In this document: positions 1-13,409 of the stretch, piece after piece
Layout of the letters: the number at the start of each line of letters is the position of its first letter
How positions within the stretch are numbered: position 1 is the stretch's first letter
Translations under genes and position numbers: made by a program
Source: Eledone cirrhosa
Taxonomy: Eukaryota
Assembly (NCBI GenBank): GCA_964016885.1
Contig: OZ024741.1
Coordinates: forward strand, 187,550,001-187,614,000
DNA length: 64,000 nt
Reading direction: 5' to 3'
Notes under the pieces: generated by a model
What the model was told of the DNA's origin: nothing
The model's input: the letters and a program-made list of their open reading frames with translations, nothing else
Databases searched by the model: none

Positions 1-620
1 GTCTCAAAAATAAATGGACAGTCCTTGCGGCCTTCCATTGAAAAGATAAACTCTGGTCAGAAGGTTCTTTTCACTCGGAGAATATAAAATTCCCGAGTTC
101 AAATTACGAACTGGCGCTATTCAAAATTGTTCCCGAGATGAGAATGAATGATGTGGAAGCAATTCTGTCCAGTGCCGTGTGTGAGGATAGAAGCAGAGGC
201 AGGGAGGTCAGTCTACTACCACTATAAATAGCAGCAGTCAAAACGACCAAATTTTATCTCGACCAAGAGGAGTATAATAATAATAAAGTATATATCCCTA
301 CACGCAAAAAGCGTATAGGGACATATGTATTGTCCAACCATATGCCAATGTGTTCAATGGTAGGTTAATAAATTAACGAGCCAGAACATATATAATCAAG
401 GTTTAGCACATAAGAAAAAGTTTCAAAATAAATTTCAAAAAATTCGCTGTACTTACTATGGTTACCTTTACCGAATCGGTTTCGAGTCTCAAAAATAAAT
501 GGACAGTCCTTGCGGCCTTCCATTGAAAAGATAAACTCTCGTCAGAAGGTTCTTTTCACTCGGAGAATATAAAATTTCCGAGTTCAAATTACGAACTGGC
601 GCTATTCAAAATTGTTCCCG
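1..620 (-). mobile_element. Hammerhead-bearing 485-bp direct-repeat element (retrozyme or Penelope-like pseudo-LTR), truncated by the window start
   Basis: 1-135 recurs almost identically at 486-620 (period 485). The repeated part holds a hammerhead core on the minus strand and the element abuts a (TA)n tract at 621. Confidence 0.65.
464..550 (-). ncRNA. Type I hammerhead ribozyme
   Basis: Minus strand reads ACCTT-CTGACGA-GAGTTT...AGACTC-GAAA-CCG-ATT-CGG-TA-AAGGT. Stem I ACCTT/AAGGT, stem II GAGTTT/AGACTC, stem III ACCG/CGGT; predicted cleavage after GUA, between 469 and 468. Confidence 0.8.
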
Positions 621-696
621 ATATATATATATATATTAGTACATACATATATATATACACACACATATATATATTTACATATATAAACATATATAC

Positions 697-859
<163 letters not shown>

Positions 860-897
860 AAATCTTAATATGGTCTGGAAATATACGTTCCCTCTCT

Positions 898-936
<39 letters not shown>

Positions 937-1005
937 TTTGTGAAAATCATATGAAATCGTGTCTTTAAAACCAATCCAAACCAAGCAATGAGTCTGCTTA
1001 TTATA

Positions 1006-1760
1006 TACTAGCAGAAAAACCACCCTTCGAGTGGTTTTCTGCTAGCATGTGTAGTGTGTATATTGATATTATACGCAAGTATATATATATGTAGATATGA
1101 TACATCAAATAAAATCGTAATTGACAATATAAACAGAAATTGAACGAAGACGTTGTTACACTGTCTTATGTAATCAGTAACGTAATCCATGATACATTAA
1201 AAAAAGACGATATTATATATAAACTGCATTAGGAGAAAATTAGTATGTTTATTTAAGTGATCGCCACCGGAAGTGTTAACATCACACACTCTCTCTTTCT
1301 CTATATATGGTAGTTGAAGTGGTGGTGGTGGCAACGACATACCGGAAGTGCAACTTTTGAAAAGAAGTAAATTTTAAATTATTTATTTTTACGAAATTAT
1401 TTTTGTTTACGAAATTTAGTAGATAAATTATGTAATATTCATTCATTATTTAAAGTAATCCAACTTATTTTACTAACGGGATAAAAAAAATAAAGTGTAC
1501 GCAGTCCCGCAGACCTTCCATTATTTCTGGCAATATTATAACAATATAACCCTCCCCAAATATAACAATATATATATATATATATTATCTATATCTCAAC
1601 ATCTATGTCCATTCTTACTGTGCAATATTTTAAACAACTTGTTAGACTGTTTGGTGTGTTTTCGCTTCTATATCTTTTATATCTCCACAGTTAATTCATT
1701 TGGCCATCGGTGTTTATCACTAACTGACCAACGGTCAAAACTACAGATATAAATATATAT
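1006..1760. mobile_element. Putative non-autonomous Helitron/Helentron-type element
   Basis: Starts TACTAGCAG with a terminal hairpin (CTAGCAGAAAA..CCAC / GTGGTTTTCTGCTAG, 1008-1045) and is bounded by TA-rich sequence. Family assignment is by recollection only; right end approximate. Confidence 0.3.
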
Positions 1761-1764
1761 ATAT

Positions 1765-2480
1765 AGTCTAACAAAGTTCTTTCGTTAGACATCTGCAACA
1801 TCATCAGTGGTACTATTGTGTTTCCTCCTGTTGTGTTGTATGTCTACGCCATTTTGGCGCTTTCCTCTTATTTATAAATACACTACACAACCCCTGTTTC
1901 TTCTTCATTTTTATCAAGTTTTGCTCTGACCCGTTCTCGCTTTCTCCCTATCTATTTTGTTGCTATCAACTCTTCCCCCTTCTTTCTTTCTCTCCCTTTC
2001 TCCCTCTCACTTTTACTCTCCCTCTTTCTGCTAGCCACCTCGCTGTTTGTCTCGCCTGTTCCTCTCGCTGTCTCTTTCTCACTTACTCCTGCGGACGTCA
2101 GACGTGTTTTTTTCTCGTCCACACAGCCTCGGACTTAAGTTCAGTAGTTGACGTCGACTTTAATGTTTTCTCTCTCTTCGAGTTGCTCACACACAGGTGC
2201 TTCGAGTTTCCCTCTTCGGTCTGTTGTTTTCCGTTTTGTTCATTGTTTTTTCCTTTTTTACTTCCCTTTTCCCTTGTTATATATATTTTTTCTCTCCTTC
2301 GAATTTTTTCCAATAACTTCTTTATTTATTGACGCACTGGGGCTAGATATCTTGTCTTTAATGCGTAGAAATATCCATGATCCCCAGCAGACAACTGATG
2401 AAGGAAACTTTTCTCCCGTTCGTGCTTTCCTCTTATTTATAAATACACCTTATCCAACAACTACATAGCCCCTGTTTCTT
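1765..2480. mobile_element. Penelope-like pseudo-LTR remnant with partial hammerhead motifs
   Basis: Direct repeat TTTCCTCTTATTTATAAATACAC...CCCCTGTTTCTT at about 1861-1902 and 2426-2480. CTGATGA at about 2395 (+) lacks a partner half, and a degenerate CTGATGA..GAAA lies on the minus strand at about 1775-1807. Flanked by (TA)n. Confidence 0.4.
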
Positions 2481-2493
2481 GTATATATATATA

Positions 2494-2923
<430 letters not shown>

Positions 2924-3073
2924 CATTTTGAGTATATGTTGGTTGTATACCAACACCTAAGTATGCAGATTGGAGCGCTCAACGAGGTGCGCAGGTTGGT
3001 TTGGTTACTCCGGAGTAATGTAAAATAAAATAAAATAAATAAATCAAATGTTTAAAATTTGGCTTCGTTTGTT

Positions 3074-3128
3074 ACTGCTATATATATTTCGGTGACAGCC
3101 ATCTTTAGCTGTGACCTCTTCAGGCAGT
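3074..3128 (-). ncRNA. Minimal type I hammerhead ribozyme (H2, left arm)
   Basis: Minus strand ACTGC-CTGAAGA-GGTCACAGCT-AAAGAT-GGCTGTCACC-GAAA-TATATA-TA-GCAGT. Confidence 0.8.
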
Positions 3129-3152
3129 CCGAATTAGTGTGGTAGAGTGTGG

Positions 3153-3207
3153 ACTGCCTGAAGAGATCACAGCCAACGATGGCTGTCACCGAAATATATA
3201 TAGCAGT
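3153..3207 (+). ncRNA. Minimal type I hammerhead ribozyme (H2, right arm)
   Basis: ACTGC-CTGAAGA-GATCACAGCC-AACGAT-GGCTGTCACC-GAAA-TATATA-TA-GCAGT; predicted cleavage after A3202; one extra mismatch near the base of stem II. Confidence 0.75.
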
Positions 3208-3259
3208 AATAAACGAAGCCAAATTTTAAACATTTGACTTATTTATTTTATTTTATTTT

Positions 3260-3325
<66 letters not shown>

Positions 3326-3875
3326 GTGTATGTGAGTTTGTGTAAAAATTGAAGAAAACATAACAAAAACTGTCATAAATGAAAACATGTTTATTTAAAG
3401 AAATTTCTTGTTCATTTTTGTCTGCTTTGTATGCTTCAATACATTTTTTTGTTTTGTTTTCTCTTACATTGAAAAAATATTATAAACCAATTTTATATTA
3501 AAATTTTCAAATTGAAAAGCGAAAAAAAATTTTTTTTTTTTTTCCAGAAAATCGAAATTATAAAAAATCATTTTCTTCTGTTAGTCATTTTTACAAAAAT
3601 TTCACAAATAAAAAAAAAATAAAAAAAATAAAAATAATAATAAGATAAAACAGGTAATCCCAAAAAAATATACCCATAAAAACTACTTGGCAGAGAAATT
3701 ACTTTAAAAATTAAAATTTCAGACAAGTGAGAATGTTCCAGAAAACACACACACGCACAATTCTCAGCTCTGTACAACGGTTCAATTCCAGTAAATATAT
3801 ACAGACAAGGACATAGGTTCAGATACTCACATATATCACGTATACACAAACACACACAACACTTTGTTATATATA

Positions 3876-3965
<90 letters not shown>

Positions 3966-3999
3966 TATACGTATATATATATTCATAAATACATATAGT

Positions 4000-4031
<32 letters not shown>

Positions 4032-4064
4032 TATACGTATATATATATTCATAAATACATATAG

Positions 4065-4103
<39 letters not shown>

Positions 4104-4495
4104 CACACATATATATACATACACACATATATATATATACATATATATACGTATATATATATTCATAAATATATATATATATATATATATACATACACAC
4201 ATATATATATACATATATACGTATATATGTGTATGAATATACATATTTATATGCATAGGCATACACATTCACAAACATACAATTTTATACACAATGTAAA
4301 TATCGATTACAAAACTCATATCGATTCACATGTATGTTTTTCATATTTTAACCAAACACAAGCACACACTCGCGCTCAAGAATATAATATATGTATACAC
4401 ATACATACATACATACATACATACATACATACATACATACATACATACATACATACATACATACATTTTCTATATGTAAAGTTCGTACTGTAAAG

Positions 4496-4536
<41 letters not shown>

Positions 4537-5446
4537 TAAAACTCCCCCTTTGATATATTTTATATATATACTATTTCATTGAGATCATGTGGAAAACTTT
4601 GGTAACTTCTGTCCTCTCCCGCCAAAAATCTGTTAGGTTATTCCTATTGTTTTGTATTCACTCGTTTTGTTTTTGCGGTTATTTCTGCAGAGATGCAGTT
4701 ACTTCTGCATTTTGGGGGTTATATTTTTATTTTTTGCAGTTTTAGTTCATTTCTATAGTTTTGCACTTATTCATTTCTTTAGTTTTATGGTTTTCATTTA
4801 ATTTTCAGTTATTCTCTTCCATTTGAAGTTGTTCCTTTAGTTTTGAGGTCATTACTTTAGGTTTGATTATATATTATTTTTATATTGTTCTTTTTTCTTT
4901 AATTTTCGAAATATTAATTTTTGTTTATTATTATTTCTTTATAATAATAATCGTTATTATAATTATCATAATTTTAAATATGTTAGTGAAAAAATCATTG
5001 CACCAATGTTAGAAATTATCATTGTTGCTGTTGTTTTACTATTTTTAGCAGCTTTTGATGTTGTTTTGTAAGGGTTGGGGTTTGACGTCCCCCATCACCA
5101 CCAACCTTTATAAGGAGAGGACAGAAGATAAAAAAAAACTTGCGAAAAAAAATATTTTTTAAATTTTTTTTCGTTTTTTATTTAAAGGAAATAAGAAAAA
5201 AAAATATTTAAAAAATAATAAAGAAAAAGTATAAAAGAAAAGAAGTAAAAATATTGAAAAAAGCAAAGAAAAAAGCGTTATTTCTTACAATATGCGTGAA
5301 TTAATGAGGAATTGTTGGATTGAGCGAGAGGGTGTATGATGTTTTTAGCGTCATATAACCTATAAGGTTATAGAAGCATCATACCATTTGAAAGACATCA
5401 CCTTCCAGTAGTGTGTGTGTGTATGTGTGTGTGATGACGGGCATAC

Positions 5447-5520
5447 CTCTCTAAACTAGTGTGGTGGAAAGCATGCCTCTCTGAGTTACTAAGTTCGTGT
5501 GGGGAAGAGCATGTTTCCAT
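5447..5520 (-). CDS. Candidate first coding exon segment METCSSPHELSNSERHAFHHTSLE(R); product unknown
   Basis: ATG at 5520 preceded by an in-frame TAG, 24 codons plus 2 nt, then donor GAG|GTATGC. Lies in a repeat-free, higher-complexity island. Confidence 0.45.
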
Positions 5521-6110
5521 AAGCTATATATCCGCAGCAAGAGCTAAAGCCAGTATTACAAGCAAACGAAACACGAAAATTTCTACTGTAATCCTGTCGC
5601 CGACGGTGGTGGCGTTTTTTAGTTTGTTTTTGTTTTGCCTTTTTGTAGTTTGGCTAGAAGAGGGATATGACCTTGATTTTCTTATATCCCTCCCTATACA
5701 AGAATGGTAAGACCGATGTGGTTTATATTCAACTTAAACATCTGTTACGACCACTTGATGGAACCCTCTCACAGCTAAGTGGACATAGCAAGACATTTTA
5801 GTCACTTGAGTATCTTCATCGCAGATACAATGTAGTAATGTCTCTTCGGCTAGAAATCAGCAGCCAATCGTCTCGATACATCTATGGCACTTGCAATGTG
5901 AACTTCAGAGTTCTGACATAAATGTGAAATAGAGTCCTTTCTATAGCGCTGGAATAAAAGGGAGATAACACGCTCTGCATTCCCCAGGAGAGGGCATTTA
6001 TCTAATGCTTGGCTAAATCCCCACACTTCAAAAGACATTGTTTGGCGTCATGTATTACTGGTATTTTTTATAGCAAATTCCAATCGATGACAAATATCGA
6101 AAAAGGTTAA
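5521..6110 (-). other. Candidate long 5' UTR part of the same exon
   Basis: Acceptor TTTTGTTTTAAACAG| at 6111/6110, then unique sequence with several upstream ATGs, continuous to the ATG at 5520. Confidence 0.35.
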
Positions 6111-7449
6111 CTGTTTAAAACAAAACAGTTGAAACTAAAACTTATGAAGTGGGAGATTAAAATACTGACATGTATCTAGTTTAGTGATGTATGTATTGCT
6201 TATACTTATTGATCCCATTGGACTGGGAAAATTTATGGATATAATGACGATCATTTATTTGATTGGGAAATATATTTGGGAAAAAATAAACATGCTTTGA
6301 ATTTCAAAAAACAAAAAAAAAGTCATTATGTTAAAAATTAATTTTTTTTCTTGTTTGTCAAGAAATTTTACAAAAAAGAGTTTGAAATTTAATAAATACG
6401 TATAAATTGAAGAAAGAATACAACCAAAAACGTTTCTTAATTTCATTAACTTAAAAAGTGTTTTTGTTGTTTTAAATTTAATTGAAAACAAAAAAAGGAA
6501 ACAAATATGTTTATTTTCGAAAAGGAAAATGGTTCTTTTAATTATTTTTTTCGATATTTTCGAAAATAATAAATATAGAATTGATAATATTGAATAAATA
6601 TAGAAATAATAATTAATATTAAATATCGAATAAATAATATTAATTATATAACTAATAATAATATCAAATTTGAAATTAATGATAATAAATATAGAGTTAT
6701 TTCTAAAAAAAAAAAAAAAAAAAAAAAAACCTTATTAATAACATCAAATTTAAAATTAATAATAGTAAATACATAATAATATCAAAATAGAATTATTATT
6801 ATTAGGTTTGGAATTTTAAATAATATTAAATATAGAATTAATAATATCAGATATATCATAAATAAAGAAATTTAAAATATAAGAGAAATAAAGCAAAAAT
6901 AATCTAAAAAATCCGTTGGAAACAATTAAGAAATTTAAATTAATTTTAAATAGACGATCATTATAAAGAATAATTGAAGAATTTCCAAAAATTAAAATGT
7001 TTATAAATAAACTGAAGATCAAGAAAACTAATACATTAAAAAAAAATGTTGTCAGAATTTAAAAAGGTTTTTTAATGTATTTTTAGTAACATTTTCTTCA
7101 ATTTTTTTACATTTTTGTTAGTTTTTCTTTCATATTGTTTTATATCTTGTAGTTATTGTTGTTTTTGTTCTTTTGTTTATTTCAGATTTGTTTGTGCATC
7201 AACTTTGTTTTGTTTTGTTTTTTTTTTTTTTTTTTTTTGTGGTACTTTTCATTCATCAAATTTGTAATTGTATTTTTATTGTTTTATAGAAATATAAACA
7301 TTTTTGTACAAGGACAAAAAATCCAAAATATATTATTTATGTAAAAACACAATGAGGAACGGTTTTCAGGAAATGTAAGTATATATATGTATATATATCT
7401 ATATATATATCTATATATATATATGCATGTCTGAGTGTGTGCATTTATA

Positions 7450-7552
<103 letters not shown>

Positions 7553-7571
7553 GAATATTTATATATATATG

Positions 7572-7602
<31 letters not shown>

Positions 7603-8463
7603 ATGAATATATATATAAATGTATATATATATATATATACACACACACATATATTTATATATATATATATACATATAAATATATACATACATGCATACAT
7701 ATATACATACATACATAAATACATACATGCATACATACATACATACATACATACATACATACATACATACATACATACATACATACATACATACATACAT
7801 ACATACATACACACACATGTAATCCATAACAGATTCCAGCATTAAACATTAAATTGTTTTGTTTCTTTCTTGCTTGTTTGTTATTATTAATGTGTTTATT
7901 TTATCTTATTTTTAATTTTTCAGCAAAAAACCAGCAGGAGAAACAAAACAAAAGATAATAGAAAAAAAGAAGAATTTACAAAAATGTTTTCTTGTTGTTG
8001 TCCAAATATTTGAAATATAAACCAAATGAAGAGATTTCAGTAATAATATCTGTTAAATGTCATATGTTGTAGAGAAAATTGTCATATATGACATGTAACA
8101 TCTAACATCTGACATGTGACATGTGATATACATGTGACATGTGACATAAGATATATGAAATGTGACATATTTCACAGTTACAGTTTGATGTCACTCACAA
8201 GTTACAATGGCAACATGAGTAGCACCACTGGTTTAATTAAATCTCATTGTTGGTGACATGAGAATTAGTTAGTGAACTTACATAAATATGCCTGAACATA
8301 TAAATGCCTATGTGTATACAGATACATATTTTTTTACTGTTTAGTCAAGGAGTGTGGGACAGTGCCCACAATTCTTTTTGTGGCTATAATAATTGATGGA
8401 AGGAAGAGAGGAAAATAACCTCAATCCAGAGGCCTGCTCACAAATGCTTGTGATCGAAATTAA

Positions 8464-8627
8464 CCCTTTAGCATTTAAACTGCCCATAACTGGCTGCTCA
8501 TACTTATGTTAAGGTATTGTTCTCAAAATAAATAACATCAAAATCTCATAGATTCGATATTATGTGAGATAAAGCCTTTACTGTGAAAATACAATAGTAA
8601 ATATAGAGTTATATAAATGCTAAAGGG
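8464..8627. mobile_element. piggyBac-like MITE
   Basis: TIRs CCCTTTAGCATTTA / TAAATGCTAAAGGG with TTAA on both sides; four copies in the window. Confidence 0.8.
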
Positions 8628-9339
8628 TTAATAGATGTTGACACAATCTGCTATCATGCAGTAAAACAGCAAAGATGAAATATTTTCACCAACATTTACC
8701 AATCTTCATGATACCATTATAAAGACGGAAATTGTATTCTAATCAGAATCAAGATATGGTGACATAGAAACAATCATTTTGAAATACAAACAAACAGATC
8801 AAGGCAAAAACAAAAAGAAATTTAAAGAAAAGGGGGTCACATGAAAAGATCATATTAGGGAGTTTTTATAAGACAGCATGAGGGGATTCTTATAAATGAA
8901 TATACAGAGGAAGCTGTTATAGGACAATATTAGGGTGTGTTTAGTATATTAAATGTACACAATGTCATACCAGTACCAATGGTTTAAGTTACATTGTAAA
9001 CAGTATTTTGAGGTAAGGGAGTACATTTTGGTTATAACTCAAATATTAATTACACAAAAAAATTATTATTATTACTATTATTATTGTAGTGGTTTTTGAG
9101 GTTGTTGTTATTGATGTTATCATTATTATTATTATCATTATCACTATTAGATAGATAGATAGATAGATCGATAGATAGGTTACATATTACAGTTAGTAAT
9201 TTAAATTATTTTTAACAAACATGATAAAGGCAGGTTAGTGGTCTTGTTGCCTTTTAATTAGAGGAATAAAATATATCTATATATATATATATATATTATA
9301 CTCAATATTATGGTTAAGGTATTACAGATCAGCCATATA

Positions 9340-9532
9340 TAATGAAGGAATTGTGGTAAGGAACCAGATGGACCATAACACACCAGAGTACACAATACTT
9401 AGGGTAGTAGAGTGGGTAATAGGGAAATATTTGACCCCTACGGCAGAGCTCAAGCCGTTTCGACGGCTATTTCTATAGTCTAGAAATAGCCGTCGAAACG
9501 GCTTGAGCTCTGCCATCAGAGTCTTACTTTTT

Positions 9533-9535
<3 letters not shown>
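9340..9535. mobile_element. Fold-back element, family H3
   Basis: Palindrome GGCAGAGCTCAAGCCGTTTCGACGGCTATTTCTA / TAGAAATAGCCGTCGAAACGGCTTGAGCTCTGCC plus a tail; homologous to 60981-61180, 37510-37570, 20965-21055 and 53140-53290. Confidence 0.65.
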
Positions 9536-9575
<40 letters not shown>

Positions 9576-9654
9576 AGATGAAAGGTGTAGTATATAAAGA
9601 AGTGAGCTACTCTTAATCAAATACATTCGAATGAAATGATAGAAGGAACAGCTA

Positions 9655-10866
9655 AAAAAATAATTGCTTCTACTTTTGGCACAAGGCCAGCAATTACCCC
9701 AGTGTATAACTGGTGCTTTATTTTATCGACCCCGTAAAGATGAAAGACAAAGTTAATCTCGGCGGGATTTGAACTCAGACTATAAAGGGCCGTAACTCTA
9801 TGCTGCAAGGCATGGTGTCCAACACACTACCGATACTGCCAATTCACCGCCTTCCAAACAGCTAAAAAATAATGGTTTCTGATTAAGGCATATGGCCAAC
9901 AATTTTTGGGATGAGGAAAGTCGATTAAATCAACACTAGTGCAGTACTGGTACTTTATTTTATCAACCCTATAAGGATGAAAAGTAAAACTAATCTCGGT
10001 GGGATTTGAACTCAGAAAGTAAAGGGATGTAGCTCTATGCCACAAAGCATGTTGTTCTATGCTCTACCAATACTGCCACTCTTGATAATAATAACAATAA
10101 TAATAATAATTGTTTCTACTTTAGGCACAAGGCCAGCAATTATCCAGTACATTACTGGTACTTTATTTTATTGACCCCGTGAAAGGCAAAGTTAACCTCG
10201 GCGGGATTTGAACTCAGAATGGCAAGGACCGTAACTATGCTAGAAAGCATGGCGTCCAACCCTCTACCGATACTGCCAATCCACCGCATTGACATAATAA
10301 TAATAATTGTTTCTACTTTAGGCACAAGGCCAGCAATTACCCAGTGCATTACTGGTACTTTATTTTATCGACCCCGTAAGGATGAAAGGCAAAGTCAACC
10401 TCGGCGGGATTTGAACTCAGATCGTAAAGGGACGTAACTATGCTGGAAAGCATGGCGTTCGACCCTCTACCGATACTGCCAATCCACCATAATAATGATG
10501 ATGATGATGAGTCCTAATTTTGGAACAAGACTGGTACTTTATTTTATCAACCCTGGAAGGATGAAAGGCAAAGTTGACCTCAGCGGGATTTGAACTCAGA
10601 ATGTAAAGAGCCAGAACAAATACTGCTACACATTTGTATGAAGCTCTAAATATCTTGCCAATCTACCAATAATAGTGGTTTCTAAATTAGGCACAAGGCC
10701 AGCAATTTGGGGGAACAGGAACAGTACTTGATTGTTATCAACCCTAGAAAGTTGAAAGGCTAAGTAGACCCCAGTAGACCAAAGTCAGGATGCAAAGAGC
10801 CAGATCAAATGCTACAGAGTACTTTGTCCAATGCTCTAATGATTTTGCCAAATTTGCTACCCTGAG

Positions 10867-10905
<39 letters not shown>

Positions 10906-11145
10906 TAATAATGATAATAATAATGGTTTCTGATTTAGGCACAAGGCCAACAATTTGGGGAGAAAGGGAAAGTCGATGAAATCAACCCCAGTACATCACT
11001 GGTACTTTATTTTATCAACCCTGTAAGGATGAAAGGCAAAGTTAACCTTGATGGGAATGATAATGGTTTTTTTACACTAATATGAGACTACAAATTTGGG
11101 GGATAAGGATCAGTTGATTAGTTGACCCTTAGTACATAACTGGTA
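9655..11145 (-). mobile_element. Head-to-tail cluster of about 7-8 tRNA-derived SINEs (family A)
   Basis: Minus strand shows an A box (TGGCAGTATCGG), a B box (GAGTTCAAATCC), core GCCTTTCATCCTTACGGGGTCGATAAAATAAAGTACCAG (recalled as Meta-domain-like) and an (ATT)n tail. Confidence 0.85.
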
Positions 11146-11859
11146 TAAAGATACACTTGTGACACAGAAAATATGGCAAGGTTGAGTAGAAAGCTAATTT
11201 TCACCTTATTTTTTTTTATTCATTTTTTTTCCATATTTTATTTTAATTTATTTCTTGATATATATAGTGTTTATTTTTTGTTGTATTTTTGTTTGTGTTT
11301 TAGTATTTCTTTTCCATTTTGGAATAAATTCAATAAAGAGAGAAAAATCAAAGCAATATTGGTTCATTCTGTACAGAAATTAATTACATGTTTTTATCAT
11401 TATCATTATTATTATTATCATTTATTTTTTCTTCCTTTTTGTTTTGTTTTATTTTTTTTTTCATTTATTTTATTTTTTACTCATTGTTATTTTAGGTTCA
11501 ATTTTTGCGCAGAATATGACAGTGTAATTTTGTACTTTGGGACATTTAAATGAATATTAGATATAATGATGTATATCTAAATATGTATGTGTGTGCATGT
11601 ATATATATGTATATATGTGCATGTTTGTTTATATATATTTGCATATATATATATATAAGTATGTGCATGTCAATGTTCGTGTTTTTGCATGTTTAGATGG
11701 ATATATGTGGGTTTTATTATGCATATAAATGTGTGGGTAAATATATATATATGTGTGTGGGTGTGTGTGTGTCTGGTTTTGTGTGCGTGTGTATGCTTAT
11801 TTGAATACATTCAAATATATATACATAAATTTACATGTATGAGCAAATGTGTTTACATG

Positions 11860-12150
11860 GTACTCCATCAGTTACAATGTCAATTTTTCCAGTTGATGCA
11901 ATCAATGGAGCAGCCTGCTCTTGAATTAATGGGTAAGATATTAAGCATTCCACAGACACATGTACACTTAATGTAGTTCTCAGGGAGATTCAGCATGACA
12001 CAGAATGTGACAAGGCAACCCTTCAAATTACATGTATAACTCATTTCTGCCAGCTAAGTGGACTTGAGCAACATGAAATAAAGCATCTTGCTCAAGGACA
12101 CCAACTTATGACCATGAGCAGAATACCCTAAACACTAAACCACATGCCTT
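11860..12150 (-). mobile_element. tRNA-derived SINE, family E (family B head with a different tail)
   Basis: Core CCTTGAGCAAGA..TTTATTTCA on the minus strand; tail homologous to 36675-36950. Confidence 0.6.
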
Positions 12151-12157
12151 CACATGT

Positions 12158-12197
<40 letters not shown>

Positions 12198-12248
12198 TAA
12201 ACATAATTAATACATTTACAAACATGACACAGATCATATATATATATA

Positions 12249-12654
12249 TATTAATTCAAAATATTAACAAAAATAGACATTCATGTGATCAAGTATATTT
12301 TATTATACATATTTGAGAGGTACTGAGCTATCTTCAACAGTAAGTCCTCATCAGATAAAATAAGATGATGCATGACATACCCTGACTAAGTAGATGGTTA
12401 AAATTCAGTCATGGCATCTAATTAGTCAGGGTATGTCATGCATCATCTTATTTTATCTGATGAGGACGTACTGTTGAAGATAGCTCAGTACCTCTGAAAT
12501 ATGTATAATAAAATATACTTGATCACAAGAATATCTATTTTTGTTAATATTTTGAATTAATATTAATAACTCCGGCAAACCATAACTGTGGAGTGCTTCT
12601 AATCTATTGTAAAACTTTATTCATTGATTTATTCATTGAACCTTGTTTAACCTT

Positions 12655-12659
<5 letters not shown>
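12249..12659. mobile_element. Fold-back hammerhead element, family H1, copy 2
   Basis: About 140-bp inverted arms (12249-12389 and 12422-12562), same tail as the copy at 2494, (TA)n flanks. Left-arm core has CAAA in place of GAAA. Confidence 0.8.
12449..12515 (+). ncRNA. Minimal type I hammerhead ribozyme (H1)
   Basis: TATTTTAT-CTGATGA-GGACGTACTG..CAGTACCTCT-GAAA-TATGTA-TA-ATAAAATA; predicted cleavage after A12507. Confidence 0.8.
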
Positions 12660-12696
<37 letters not shown>

Positions 12697-12907
12697 TATA
12701 TATTCTTAAGATAAAAGCTGATGAATTTCTAGCACCAGATTCATAGAGTGACAGATAGACAGATGAATATGAGTCCACATTGCTGTGAATTTTAATGAAT
12801 GGAAAGTACTTAACACTATTATACATGCATGTTACAACCATAAATATATATTTATGTGTGTGAGTGGGTGTGTGGGTGAGTGTATATATATCATATATAT
12901 GGGTGTG

Positions 12908-12942
<35 letters not shown>

Positions 12943-13095
12943 ATATATATATGTATATATAGATATAGATATATATGCATAGCTGTGGGTACAGAGAAAA
13001 CAAAAGAAAAATCAGCACACAATGTGGAATTTAACAGTTTTTATCTTAAAAGTTTGACTTTGACTCTGCATTATCAGTCAAAATGTTACCATATA

Positions 13096-13158
<63 letters not shown>

Positions 13159-13168
13159 ATATAGATAT

Positions 13169-13217
<49 letters not shown>

Positions 13218-13238
13218 AATATGTGGCTAGTGATTCTA

Positions 13239-13287
<49 letters not shown>

Positions 13288-13366
13288 GATATATATAGAT
13301 ATATATTTATATATTATGAAATACTGTTGGCTTCATGCTCACAATAATTTCTATACTTTTCATTTA

Positions 13367-13409
<43 letters not shown>

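Larger units (their letters stand above)
2925..3260. mobile_element. Fold-back hammerhead element, family H2
   Basis: Inverted arms at about 3021-3130 and 3151-3260 around a 20-nt spacer, each arm with a full hammerhead. Flanked by (TA)n. Confidence 0.75.

Noticed and set aside
1266-1350. Paired CCGGAAGTG ETS-like sites as a promoter
   Set aside because: They lie inside a probable mobile element, with no other promoter evidence.
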